A stretch of 64,000 bases of DNA, taken from the human T2T-CHM13v2.0 reference genome, Homo sapiens. Below are positions 1 through 12,082 of the stretch, piece after piece. Position 1 is the stretch's first letter; the number at the start of each line of letters is the position of its first letter. Location: NCBI RefSeq assembly GCF_009914755.1, contig NC_060937.1. The stretch is one strand, 5' to 3'. The notes below the pieces were generated by a model that saw only the letters and a program-made list of their open reading frames with translations, was not told the DNA's origin and ran no database searches. The translations under genes were made by a program, and so were the position numbers.

Positions 1-160
1 ACATAAAGTATAAAAACAGACAAAACTAATAATGATGGGGAAGTGATTGGAAAGGGATATGGGAGGTTTCTGCGCTGCTGGTAAAATTATTTTGTGAACT
101 GAGTAAAGATACAATACATAGGTCTTTTTAGACTGGGAAAGTTTATGGAGCTGCCTTTTG
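1..160 (+). mobile_element. Old L1 (L1ME/L1MC-like) 3' end fragment
   Basis: aaaacagacaaaactaat...gtgattggaaaggg...ttctgcgctgctggtaa resembles the recalled L1M 3'UTR; highly diverged. Confidence 0.5.
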
Positions 161-684
161 TAGTTATCATGTCATGGCTTCAGATCTGGAAAGAGTATAA
201 GTTTTGTTGCTCACAGTATCTAGTCTCAGTCAACTCAGTGACTCTTACTCAGATTACTTGATTCAATTTTACATGTCCTTGGTTCTGAAGAAATGTACAG
301 GTATTTTCTGTCAAAATCTAAAGAGCTTTGAATTTGATAGACTCCTAAGATGCATATGTGTTTTCTATCAGCATGATAAAGAATTTTGAGCCAGATGAGA
401 TTTTACATTTTCTCCTACATTGTACATTTTTCCTACATTTTGGGGACCATACAACCCTTCTGTCTTTAAGAGATAAACAAATAAATTTGGACAGCTCCAA
501 GGGTTTCCATAACTGTGGTGACAACTTAAGATGCCACTCTACCGAATGAGAACAAATTTACGTCATAAATGCTTTTGCTTAAAGTAAGTTTTGTCAAAAC
601 TTATACTGCAAAGTATTTTTTAAACTAAGTTACTTTGACTTTTTAGAACAGTATATAGTGGTTGTGACTTAAGCTTAACTACAG

Positions 685-790
685 AAATGGATTCAGATCC
701 AAGTTCTATTATTCAAGAATTATATAGCTTGGGGCTTTCTTTTTTCTCAGCTTTAACCAAGATTCATCTATTAAATTAGGATAATAACAT
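685..790 (+). mobile_element. MIR, 5' part (split by Alu/L1)
   Basis: ggattcagatccaagttct...ttcatctattaaattaggataataa resembles the MIR core; the continuation is at 4041-4115. Confidence 0.55.
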
Positions 791-814
791 CATTTTATTT
801 TATATAACTTTTAA

Positions 815-944
815 ATTTTATTTATATATTTTATATATGTAAATATATTTATATTTACATATTTACATATATGCAAATATGTAAATATATTTATATTTAC
901 ATATTTACATATATGCAAATATGTAAATATTTTTACATTTACAT
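815..944. repeat. AT-rich tandem repeat (~42-bp unit x2+) at Alu tail
   Basis: gtaaatatatttatatttacatatttacatatatgcaaatat is repeated directly. Confidence 0.85.
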
Positions 945-946
945 AG

Positions 947-1286
947 AGAGAGACATGGGCTCCCTCTGTCACCTGTGCTGGAATGCAGTGGTGTGATCAT
1001 GGCTCACTGCAGCCTCAAACTCTCATGAGCTCTAGCAATCCTCCTACATCAGCCTCCTGAGTAGCTGGGACCAAAGGTGCACACCAATATGCCTGGCTTT
1101 TTTTTTTTTTTTTTGGTAGAAATGAGGTCTCACAATGTTGCCCAGTCTGGCCTCAAGTGATCCTCTCACCTAGGCTTCCCAAGTAAATGAGACAACAGGT
1201 GTGGATGACCATGCCTGGCTAATTTTTCTTTTCTTTTCTTTCTTTCTTTCTTTTCTTTTTTTTTTTTCTTAAGAAGTGGTGTCCCA
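947..1286 (-). mobile_element. AluJ-type, two arms plus start of a third arm (interrupted by L1)
   Basis: Antisense Alu motifs gctggaatgcagtggtgtgatcatggctcactgcagcctc, T-rich linkers and catgcctggctaatttt. Confidence 0.9.
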
Positions 1287-3923
1287 GGACAGATTTTCAG
1301 CTGAATTCTACAAGAGGTGACAAAGTAGGGCTGGTATCGTTGATACTGAAACTATTCCAAAAAATTGAAAAGGAGGCACTCCTGCCTAACTCATTCTATG
1401 AAGCCAGCATCATCCTGATACCAAAACCTGACCAAGGTACAACAAAAAAAGAAAACTTCAAGCCAATATCTTTGATGTACATAGGTACAAAAATCCTCAA
1501 TAAAATACTGGCAAACTAAATCCAGCAGCACATCAAAAAGCTTATTCACCTCAATCAAGTTGGTTTCATACCTGGGATGCAAGGTTGGTTCAACACAACC
1601 TCACTGTGATCAATAAATGTGATTCATTACTTAAACAGAACTAAAGACAAAAAAATCAATAAATGTGATTTATTACTTAAACAGAGCTCAAGACAAAAAC
1701 CACATGATTATCTCAATAGATACAAAAAAGGCCTTTGATAAAATTCAACATTCCTGCATGTTAAAGACTTTCCATAAACTAGGTATTGAAGGGATATACC
1801 TCAAAATATGTAAGAGCCATATATGACAAACCCACAGCCAATATACTAAATGGGCAAAAGCTGGAAGCACTCCCTTAAAAACTGGCACTAGACAAGGATG
1901 CCCTCTCTCACCACTCCTATTCAACATAGTTTTGGAAATTCTGGCCAGGGCAATCAGCAAGAGAAAGAAATAAAGCGTATTCAAATAGGAAGTCAAATTA
2001 TCTCTGTTTGCAGATGACATGATCTTATGACTAGAAAGCTCCATCTTCTCAGCCCAAAAGCTTCTTAAGCTGATAAGCAACTGCAGCAAAGTCACAGAAT
2101 ACAAAATCAGTGTGCAAAAATTGCTAGCATTCATATACATCAACAACAGGCAAACAGAGAGCCAAATCATGAATGAACTCCCATTCACAATTGCTACAAA
2201 GAATAAAATACCAAGGAATATAGCTAACAAGGAAAGTGAAGGACCTCTTCAAGGACAACTACAAACCACTGCTCAAAGAAATCAGAGAGGATACAAACAA
2301 ATGGAAAAACATTCCATGCTCATGGATAGGAAAAATCAGTATTGTGAAAATGGCCATACTGCCCAAAGTAATTTATAGATTCAATGCTATTACCATTAAA
2401 CTACCATTGACATTATTCACATAATTAGAAAAAAAACCCTATTTTAAAATTCATATGGAACCAAAACAGAGCCTGAATAACCAAGACAATCCTAAGCAAA
2501 AAGAACAAAGCTGGAGGCATCATGCTACCCAACTTCAAACTATACTACAAGCCTACAGTAACCAAAACAGCATGGTACTGGTACAAGAACAGACACATAG
2601 ACCAATGGAACAGAATAGAGAATTCAAAAACAAGACCACACCTACAACCATCTGATCTTTGACAAACCTGACAAAAACAAGCAATGGGGAAAGGATTCCC
2701 TATTTAATAAGTGGTGCCCAGAGAACTGGCTAGTCATATGCAGAAAATTGAAATTGGAGCCCTTCCTTACACCATATACAAAAATTAACTCATGATGGAT
2801 TAAAATTTAAATGTAAAACCCCAAACTATAAAATCCCTGGAAGAAAATCTAGGTGATATCATTGAGAACATAGGCACAGGCAAAGATTTCATGACAAAAA
2901 ATGCCAAAAGCAATCACAACAAAAGCAAAAATTGACAAATATGATCTAATTAAACAGCTTCTGTACAACAAAAAAAAACTATCATCAGAGTCAATAGACA
3001 ACCTACAGAATGGAAGAAAATTTTTGCAATCTATCCATCTGACAAAGGTCTAATATCGAGAGTGTACAAGGAACTTAAACAAATTTACAGGAAAAAAACA
3101 AACAAAAAGTCGTTGAAAAGACAGTTCTCAAAAGAAAACATACGTGTGGCCAACAAACATATGAAGAAAACTCAATATCACTGATCATTAGAAAAATGCA
3201 AATTGAAATCACAATGAAATACCATCTTATGCCAGTCAGAATGACTATTATTAAAAAAGTCAAAAACCAACAGATGCTGGCAAGGTTGCAGAGAAAAAGG
3301 AGTGCTTTTACACTGTTGAAGGGAGTGTAATTAGTTCAACCATTGTGGAAGACAGTGTGGCAATCCTTCAATGACCTAGAGGCAGAAATACCACCTGACC
3401 CAGCAATCCTATTACTGGGTATATACCCAAAGTAATATAAATCATTCTATATGTTCACTATAGCACTATTCACAATAGCAAAGACATAGAATGAATCTAG
3501 ATACCCATCAATGATAGACTGGATAAAGAAAATGTGGTTCATATACATCGTGGAATACTATGCAGCCATAAAAGGCATGAGATCATGGCCTTTGCAGGGA
3601 CATGGATGAAGTTGGAAGCCATTATCCTCAGCAAACTAACACAGCGACAGGAAACCAAACACCGCATGTTCTCACTTCTAAGTGGTAGTGAATGATGAGA
3701 GCACATGGACAGATGCGGGGAACAACACACACTGGAGCCTGTCGAGGGGGCGGGGGAGGGAGAGCATCAGAAAGAATAGCTAATGGATGCTGGACTTAAT
3801 ACTTAGATGATGGGATGATCTGTGCAGCAAACCACCATGGCACACATTTACCTATGTAACAAACTTGCGCATCCTGCACATGTACCCATGAAATTAAAAT
3901 TAAAGTTGAAAACAAACAAACAA
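1287..3923 (+). mobile_element. 5'-truncated L1PA (about L1PA10-13 age): ORF2 RT/C-terminal remnant, 3'UTR and A-rich tail
   Basis: ORF fragment [31 protein letters not shown]; L1PA 3'UTR; TSD-like aagaagtggtgtccca (1271-1286) / aaaaaatggggtccca (3924-3939). Confidence 0.95.
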
Positions 3924-4039
3924 AAAAAATGGGGTCCCACTACGTTGCCCAGGCTGGTCTCAAACTCCTGACCTCAAGTGATTCTCCTGCCTTGGCCTCC
4001 CAAATTATAGGATACAGGCATGAGCCACCATGCCTGGCC
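3924..4039 (-). mobile_element. Alu left arm (remainder of the Alu split by L1)
   Basis: ggggtcccactacgttgcccaggctggtctcaaactcctgacctcaagtg...tgagccaccatgcctggcc. Confidence 0.9.
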
Positions 4040-4040
4040 T

Positions 4041-4115
4041 ATACGCCTGTTTTGATGATTAAATGAATAGCATAATTTTGGTCCACTATGGAATCTTAAT
4101 AAATATTAGCTATTA
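4041..4115 (+). mobile_element. MIR, 3' part
   Basis: gatgattaaatga...ttaataaatattagctattat matches the MIR 3' end. Confidence 0.55.
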
Positions 4116-4984
4116 TCACTATGATATTCTCATTACAGAAAACTTGGTAGATCTGTTTTCTAAAACAGATAAAGAAAAAATTATTTTTAGTTCCATGATC
4201 ATAGATCAGTGTAGCTACGGCTTTGATCCTTTGCCCAAGATGGCAGTGACCATTTTCAAGACCCCTTCATTTGTGCTCTTCTTCTTTACACCCTCAGCTG
4301 TATTGTACCTCCTCCACCTAATGACTACGACTGCCACTGTGATATTGAGTGGTAACTACAGGATGAGAAGGCTAATCAGGAAATCCAAGGCCTTCTTTGG
4401 TGTCTCAGAAAAGTACAAGTTCAAAGCTGGCCAAGTCATTCATATTCTTAAAACCCCTTCCAATTATGACATTCCATGATTCTGTCTCCTCATCTATCGG
4501 TAACTTTGCCATGGAAAAGTCAACTTATGTCCTAGTCAAATCAATTCCCTGGCATTTTCAGACTAAACATGCATTTGATGGATGGAATCCTTTTCCATGA
4601 TGCCAGACACCTGGTTAGAAACATTTCATGTCTGTTTGTTTTGGCTTCATATATGCACGGCCTGAATTAGTCACTTTGTAAACTTTTTGTTGAGGGATTA
4701 AGAAGGGATACATTTGAATGACTAAAAAGGTAAGGCTCCTGAGATCTTTATCTCGTATTTTCAACAAGATGTTCAGTATCTTAGCCTATTTTTCCAAAAA
4801 TAAAAGTCTTAGATAGTAAACGTCATGATAAATAACTACATTTTAGTTTATGTTTTACAAGGAAATTTTCTTTTTTATTCCTTGATTCAGTCACTCTCTT
4901 GTTATATATGCTCTTGGCAATCTGCATATCTGCTTCCTAGCACTTTATTAGTTTTAAAAAATGAGTAAATTTTGGATTTCGTTC

Positions 4985-5290
4985 TTGTCACTAGACTGTG
5001 GCTCCAGGAGAACAGCAATTATGTCCATGTGTTTATTTTATCTCCAGAGCACATTACAGTACCTGGCACATAGTATAAAGCTGATAGTGTCTCTTTCAGT
5101 AATATTTATAGTCCTCTGTGCTGAGGATACAAAGATAAATCATGAATAGTACCTGTCCTCAACGAACTCACAATACAGTAGAAAAACTGATCATTGTATT
5201 GATAAAAACACCCACAGGGATTATAAGAACACAGAAATGGAGCATCCAAGATACAGACAGAAATGTAAAGAGGTGCTGGGGAGCGCTTTT
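4985..5290. mobile_element. L2 3'-end fragments (sense, then antisense)
   Basis: cactagactgtggctcc...acagtacctggcacatagta, then tgtgctgaggatacaaagataaat...cctgtcctcaacgaactcaca. Confidence 0.6.
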
Positions 5291-6159
5291 TCGAGGCAGT
5301 AAAACCTGAGTTGTTTGTTGCAAACTGAACCAAGTCAGTTTAGTCATGTACAACTCTTAGGTACTTTTTGGTAGATATATGTAGCTACCCAAAAAGTCTG
5401 AGATGGGAAGGGTTAGCCACCCTCCCTCACCCTTGCTACCAGCTCAGAAAGCCTCAGAACAAATTCAACCACAATTTATTAGACACAACACCCTTGAGCA
5501 ACGCAGATACAAAACATCCATACAAATGTCCTGTAAGTCGGTGAAGTTCTGAAAGTTTCATTCCAGGAAGACAGGAAAATCTTCCTAGAGCAGGATTCCA
5601 TTGCTTTTTCTCTGCACCATTCAGTCAAAACACATCCTAAACCAATGCTGGATAGAAGGCCACTGGAGAGTACGTAGGGCACCATGCCTAAGAATACAGG
5701 TTACAAATGTGCTGTTTACTTAGAGCCTGTTCAGGCTAGTGCAGAGAGTGGAGCTCAACTCTTTTAGTGAATCCACATAATTAATAGTGTTAATTTTGTA
5801 ATGAAAGCTCATTTCTAACAGTCATCATGGTAATAAGTCACCAGCTTTTCTTGACACTCATCATGGTAAAGCGGTATCACTTATGGATCGAGAGAGTCCA
5901 CAGCAGGCTTGTAGTAGTTTCCCCGGGGAGGGAGAGCTACTGACCACCCTTAGCCTGGGCGTTTGGGTGACATGTTAGCTCCCCATTCCACAGTGGAAGC
6001 ATAAACTAACTGGCACATACATAATATCACTTTGATAAACTGAAGCATTTTAAAATGAATTTGTGATACTGTAACAATCTGTCCAATGCTAGTGTTAAAA
6101 AAAGAGTAGGAACTCCCTGGGGTGGGGGAAAGTAGTGCCGTCCAGGCAGAGAGGAACAT

Positions 6160-6830
6160 GTGAGGTGCCTCAAATAGCCCAAGCTCATTCCCACAGCAGA
6201 GCCCTCCCACGTGCTCCTCCCTCTGCCTGGAATGCTCTGCCTCTATGTGTTCTCATGGATCCCTCTCTTACTTCACTCAGGTATTTGCCCAAAAGAAAAG
6301 GATCCCAGTCTTTACTATTGTAAATAGTGCTGCAATAAACATGCGTGTGCATGTGTCATGGACACAGGGAGTGGAACATCACACATCGGGGCCTGTCAGG
6401 GAGTAGGGGGCAAGGGGAGGGAGAGTATTAGGACAAATACCTAATGCATGCAGGGCTTAAAACCTAAATGACGGGTTGATGGGTGCAGCAAACCACCATG
6501 GCACATGTATACCTGTGCAACAAACCTGCACGTTCTGCACATCTATCCCAGAACTTAAAGTAAAATAAAAAATTTTAAAAAAAGAGAAAGGGATCCCACA
6601 GAGAAGCTTTTGGTGATGAATAAAAATTTTTCCTACCGTAACTATTCTTGTATCCATTTGCATTTTCTTCAGATCACTTTTCCTATCTGAAATTACCTAA
6701 TTTTAAAAATTGTACTTTTCTCTATCTCCCGCTCCAGGATAAGCTTCATGAAGGAAGGAACTTAGTCTTGATCATTTGTGTCCTCAGGGCTCAGTATAGT
6801 GGCTGGGATACAGTAAGTGCTTAATAAAAA
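6160..6830 (+). mobile_element. L2 3' region (host of the L1 at 6308-6581)
   Basis: ctctgcctggaatgctct...cttcactcaggtatttgccc and taagcttcatgaagg...acagtaagtgcttaataaa. Confidence 0.7.
6308..6581 (+). mobile_element. Short L1PA7/8-like 3' end with 5' inversion
   Basis: 6308-6357 is antisense ORF2 end; 6358-6581 is sense 3'UTR plus tail; TSD aaaagaaaaggatccca / aagagaaagggatccca. Confidence 0.9.
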
Positions 6831-7488
6831 AGAATCTATGCCTCTATCCTCTCTGAATATATGCATAGAGAAGTGTCTAGAATGGTGATCATCTAATGTC
6901 AATGATTCTTTTGGAAAATATATTTAATATATTGAAATATAATACAATACATTGTTGATGCAGTATATTAAAAATGTCTATTTAAGTACATTTTGCTGTG
7001 GTTTTAAATTGATATAAAATAGCTTTCATTTCTGAGAGCAATATCTGAAGGTCAGGAAGTCACTTGCATTTTTATTATTTTAAACATATTTTTCATTAAA
7101 CCATATAGCTGTGCTTTGCCATTAATTAGACATTAACCAAAGAACCTATCACATTCAAGCAAGAGCTATACTTAGCAAAAATCAATATTTTAAATCCTAG
7201 CCTCTAGCTCTTCATGTAGAAAGGTCTTGGGATGCAAGCTGCCTTACACTGGAAGGAAAATGGAATGCTGAGAGAAAAATCAGAACTAGCTGTGAAACTG
7301 TTGCTGCTACTTTTCAAAATCTTTAATCTTTGTAATACAGTTGACCCTTGAACAACACACGGGTTAGAGGCACAAATCCCTGCACAATCAAAATCTAAGT
7401 TTATCTTTTGACTCCCCAAATAACTACTAATAGCTTACTGCTTACTGGAAGCCTTACCTGTAACATAAATTGTCAATTAATACATATT

Positions 7489-7560
7489 GTGAGCCGAGAT
7501 CGCGCCACTACACTCCAGCCTGGGCGACAGCGAGACTCCGTCTCGAAAAAAAAAAAAAAA
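7489..7560 (+). mobile_element. Severely 5'-truncated AluY-like fragment
   Basis: gtgagccgagatcgcgccactacactccagcctgggcgacagcgagactccgtctc plus poly(A); CpGs retained. Confidence 0.85.
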
Positions 7561-7922
7561 CGTATTGTGTATGTTACATGTGTCACATGCTGTGTTCTTA
7601 TTATAAAATAAGCAAGAGAAAAAAATTATTAACAAAATCTTAAAGAAAAGAACATATGTTTACAGTATTGTACTGTATTTATTGATACCATAAGTTTATG
7701 TTGACGACAAGATGAATGAATTATCTATCTGAAATGGTGGCAACTACAGTTGCAGATCAATCTACAATATGTATCAAGCAATTAAACTTTTTCTTGTAAT
7801 GTCATGACTTTTCTCTGCTTCTTTAGAGCACTGCAAGCATAACTAGTGGCACTTTGTATAGGTCCCACGTTGTCATTCAAGGTGTAAAATATGAAAAATA
7901 TGTGAGAACCACAAAAGATCAC

Positions 7923-8085
7923 TTTTGTTTGTTTGTTCTTGGTTTTGTTTTTGTTTTGGTGACAGAGTCTTGCTCTGTCACCCAGGCTAGGGTGCAGTGG
8001 TATAAACATTGCTCACTGCAGCCTTGCCCTCCTGGGTTGAAGTGATCCTCCTCCCAAGTAGCTAGGACCACACGTGCACATCACT
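7923..8085 (-). mobile_element. AluJ right-arm fragment
   Basis: T-rich tail, then gacagagtcttgctctgtcacccaggct...gctcactgcagcct. Confidence 0.85.
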
Positions 8086-8352
8086 TACAACACTTGAGCT
8101 CACTGCAATAGCAAGAGGAGGTAGCTATAAAATTCTTAGTAGTACAACATGGACTACAGTTAATTTTATGCCATTTTCATTTAATACTGCTTCTTCATGT
8201 TTACTTTTCTCTTGACTGTGAATAGAGCCCTGTACAGTCTATAAGGGTGTGTGTAAGTTTTGATAAATTTTAGCTTTTTATATAAGATTTGTGTTTACTT
8301 TATGGTAGGAGATGATAAAATAGACTCATATTTGCATTTTCTACTTCGCCAG

Positions 8353-8576
8353 CTGCAGCTTCGACCTCCCCAGCTCAGGTGATCTTCCTAGCTCGGCCTC
8401 CCAAGTAGCTAGGACTATAGGAGTATGTCACCATGCTTGGCTAATTTTTGCATTTTTTGTAGAGATAGGGTCTCACCATGTTGCCCAGGCTGGTCTTGAA
8501 CTCCTGGGCTCAAACCATTCTCCGCCTTGGCCTCCCAAAGTGCTGGGCTTATAGGCATGAGCCATAGCACCCAGCC
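8353..8576 (-). mobile_element. AluJ lacking its 3' end
   Basis: ctgcagcttcgacctcc...agagatagggtctcaccatgttgcccaggctggtcttgaactcctgggctcaa...cccagcc. Confidence 0.85.
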
Positions 8577-8829
8577 TAGTATCTGCATATTTTATGCATC
8601 TGTGACATACTTAAGTTTTTCTTAATTTTTTTGACATTTGTAGGCTACCTGGTTTGTCTTCAGGTTTTTTCAAATTGTTACAAATCTCCAAAACATTTTC
8701 CAATTTATTTATCGAAAAAAAATCCACATATAAGTGGACCCAAGCAGTTCAGAACAAGACTCATGTTGTTCAAAGGTCCAACGAAATTCACAGAACTGTC
8801 TCCATATTGTAGACCTCCAGGGAATTTGT

Positions 8830-9065
8830 GATATCTAACATAGACCCAGGTGATCCTATCTTACAGATTCATTATGGTTTTGTTGATTCAATCTTTAAAA
8901 AAACAAACTGATGCATATAGTCCAGTCTACTCATTTCGAAGGGTGGGGGCAGAGATAATGCTTAGAATGTCAAGGACGTGCATGAAGTCACATAGCCAGA
9001 GAGTTACTAAAATGATACTAAACATGCATTATCTACTTATCAGACTAAAATTGTTTCCTCCATCC
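8830..9065 (-). mobile_element. MIR (degenerate)
   Basis: atcttacag...aagtcacatagccag resembles the antisense MIR core. Confidence 0.45.
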
Positions 9066-9149
9066 TGCAAATACTTAAGATTTGCATTTTAAAACGCCCA
9101 ATTCATTTTTAACACTAATTTAATTTTTTTCCTAGAGACATTTTGTTCT

Positions 9150-9509
9150 TGCCTTGGTTAATGTTATTCATCAAATTGGCTAGGCTATGGTGCCCGGTTG
9201 TCTGGTCCAACAGCGTCTAGATGTTGCTGTGAAGTCATTCTTCTTTAGATGTGATTAACATTTAAATAGTAGACTTTGAGTAAAGCAGATTACTCTTCAC
9301 TGGGTAAGTCTCATCCAATCAGTTGAAGCCTTTAAGAAAAAACTAAGGCCCATGAAGGAGAAGGGAATTCTGCCTCCAGAGGGTCTTCAGACTTAAGACT
9401 GCAAATCAACTCTTGCTGAAATTTCCAGCCCATCGGTTTGCCTTACATTTTTGAGACTTACCATTCACAAAAACCACATGAGCCAATTCCCTAAAATAAG
9501 TTAATTCCT

Positions 9510-9559
<50 letters not shown>

Positions 9560-9596
9560 ATTAGTTCTGTTTCTCTGGAAAATCCTGACTAATACA
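9150..9596 (+). mobile_element. MLT2D/MLT2B-like ERVL solo LTR with internal (CA)n
   Basis: tagactttgagtaaagcagatt, ctcatccaatcagttgaag and the end gttctgtttctctggaaaatcctgactaataca. Confidence 0.85.
9513..9556. repeat. (CA)n microsatellite
   Basis: About 22 CA units. Confidence 0.95.
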
Positions 9597-11301
9597 GTCC
9601 CCAATATAGGAACAGATGAGCAGAATGAAAATGCTGTTGGCTGTCTGTCCCTCATGGTTTCCTTTCATTCTTTTTTTCTTTTTAATTATTGTTTTGCTCT
9701 TTTTTCACCTCTACACAGAGAACAAAATGAAGCTAAAAAGGGGAGGGGCTTTCAAATTCCCTGCTGGCTCTTGCCTCTCAGCCCTTATAGAGGAATGGGA
9801 ACCCTCCATCTCTGAACCCCAGCCAGCCTTCTTTATGAGAGAGGGGGCACACCAAGCAGTTTTCTGGGCTCTGGGTGGTAAGAGGACTTCAGGGGTCATC
9901 TTAAAGAGTTGTGAGGCAGAAAAGGGACCATGCTGTGGCCTCAGCTTGAGGTGGATTGTGCTGAATGTTATACACTCCACCAGGCAACATCATGAAGAGT
10001 GAAGTGGTCCATTCTTTTGCCTGGTTGCCTGGACTGGCAGTCCGCCCTCCCAGATCTCTGGCCATGTTGGGGGTCCTTTAATCCTTATCTTTCTACAGAC
10101 CCTCTTTACCATCTTCTCAGGATTCTGGGCTCCCTCTTTCCTGATAGAACACTTTCTGTAATTTTCTCTAGAAACCATCTCAGCTCCAAATTATAACTAA
10201 AATTTTTCACTAAAATCCTTCCCTTTCGTTATAGTAAGCAGTTTACATAGGTGAATTTAAGCCGTATATATATATATTTTGATGAATACAAATCCGTCCC
10301 ATTTAAGGATTTTCACAAACAGCAATCCATACACATTTCACAGCACCAAACCAGAGATCAAATTATTCTATAATTCAAGAAATGCAGAAGAAGGGGCTGT
10401 GAAGAGCAAGAGTCCACCCCTACTATGCAATTTCCTCATTATTACAATATAGTGACATCTCAACTTAAGTAGAAACTGTTGGAAACCAGCCCATTGGCAT
10501 AAACAAAGATTTTCCCTATTCAGTTGGTTGCTTAGGTAGATATAGCATTTGTGAGTCCTGCTAACCTCTTGCAAAGCTAGCTTTCCCCAACCTCAGAACT
10601 GCAGACTGCTACCCATCCCAGAGACGATCTATAATAAATTTCTGAAGCAAGCCCATTATAGTCCTTTAGGCAATGATCTTCCAACAGCACCCCTCTCCCG
10701 GGAGACCACCTGTGAAAGTACCCTCTTAGCCCAATTCAGCAAACTTGGACTAGGGATGAAATATGAAAATATTATTTTCCTTAGAGAAGTAGTTTTCTCT
10801 CCTCATTACTCCAAGGATGTCAGAGTGACTGATAGCTGCTAAGTCCTCATCAGCAAGTCAATTTATCTCAAATCCTGAAGCAGCCAGCAGCCTGGATTAT
10901 AAGGTTTACCTCCAGAGAGCAATCTTTTTCCTTGATCAAACTTCTGTGTGATCTACAGACCTGCCGGCGCTCATGATACACAGTGTGATTGCTTGAACTT
11001 CACCAGAAATAGAGAGAAAAGATTGTACTCCCACAGAGAAGAAACAATGAGAATGAAACAGAAACTCACCATTTCTCCTGGTCTATAGCGCTGGTCCTAG
11101 ATGTGCTTTGCAAACCTTAAATCTGAGCTCACTCACAAACAATAATCCACACACACGGATTTTAGCTTGTCTACACTGTACACATGCACATGATAGCATG
11201 CAGCCCAGCCTTGCTACATGTAAACATGTACCACAGAGATCTCTACTCCCCTTGGCTAATGGCACCAGTATATGAGTAATGAGGGCTACATGTTTAGATA
11301 C

Positions 11302-11752
11302 TGTATTAGTCAGGGTTCTCAAGAGGGACAGAACTAATGGAATATATATATATATATATATATAGCAGAGTTCATTAAGTATTAACTCATATGATCACAA
11401 GGTCCCACAATAGGCCATCTGCAGGCTGAGGACCAAGGAGAGCCAGTCTGAGTTCCAAAACTGAAGAACTTGGGAGTTCTATGTTTGAGGGCAGGAAGCA
11501 TCCAGCCTGGGAGAAAGATGTAGCCTGGGAAGTTAGGCCAGTCTCTCTTTTCAAAATTTTCTGCCTCCTTATATTCTAGCCGTGCTGGCAGCTGATTAGA
11601 TTGTGCCCACCCAGATTAACAGTGAGTCTACCTTTCCCAGCCCACTGACTCAAATGTTAATCCCCTTTGGCAATACCCTCACAGACACACCCAGGATCAA
11701 TACTTTGTATCCTTCAATCCAGTCAACTTGACACTCAGTATTACCCATCACA
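11302..11752 (-). mobile_element. MLT2A1-like ERVL solo LTR
   Basis: tgtattagtcagggttctc...aacttgacactcagtattacccatcaca; perfect 5-bp TSD GATAC (11297-11301 / 11753-11757); internal (TA)n. Confidence 0.92.
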
Positions 11753-12082
11753 GATACATACATATTTTCCCTAAATGCCAGCTTCTAACACTGATAGCAG
11801 ATGATTTTATTTCAAGTTTATTTTGTTTCTTAAAAAAGAATTTCTTTAATCTGCAGGAACTTTTTATTTGCATGTGCTACTCAGCAGGAGAAATATAATG
11901 GACTGGAGATCTTCAGCAGTTATGCTCAGAGAAAACAGCTTATGGTCTTATAGACACTCAATATTAGGATCATTTGTTATACAGAGTTTCAAATTGAGTT
12001 TTTATTATTCTGGTTTATAAGACAAGGATACTCTTATTGAAAAATAGTCAATGTGTTGCTACCAAATAACTACCTAATCCCT

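Larger units (their letters stand above)
7338..8783 (-). mobile_element. Tigger2-family (Tigger2b-like) TcMar DNA transposon with three Alu insertions
   Basis: TIRs cagttgacccttgaacaaca / tgttgttcaaaggtccaacg, preceded by TA; minus-strand remnant SATS...KKQRKVMTLQEKV resembles the Tigger2 transposase N-terminus. Confidence 0.85.

Noticed and set aside
1745-2230. 161-aa hydrophobic minus-strand ORF
   Set aside because: It is an antisense reading of L1 ORF2, a common artefact.
4063-4600. 138-aa ORF or possible processed pseudogene
   Set aside because: It starts in MIR sequence, has no recognisable domain, and has no poly(A) or TSD.
9616-10196. 128-aa ORF with a hydrophobic N-terminus downstream of the MLT2 LTR
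   Set aside because: The hydrophobic stretch comes from a T-rich tract and no family similarity is recognised.
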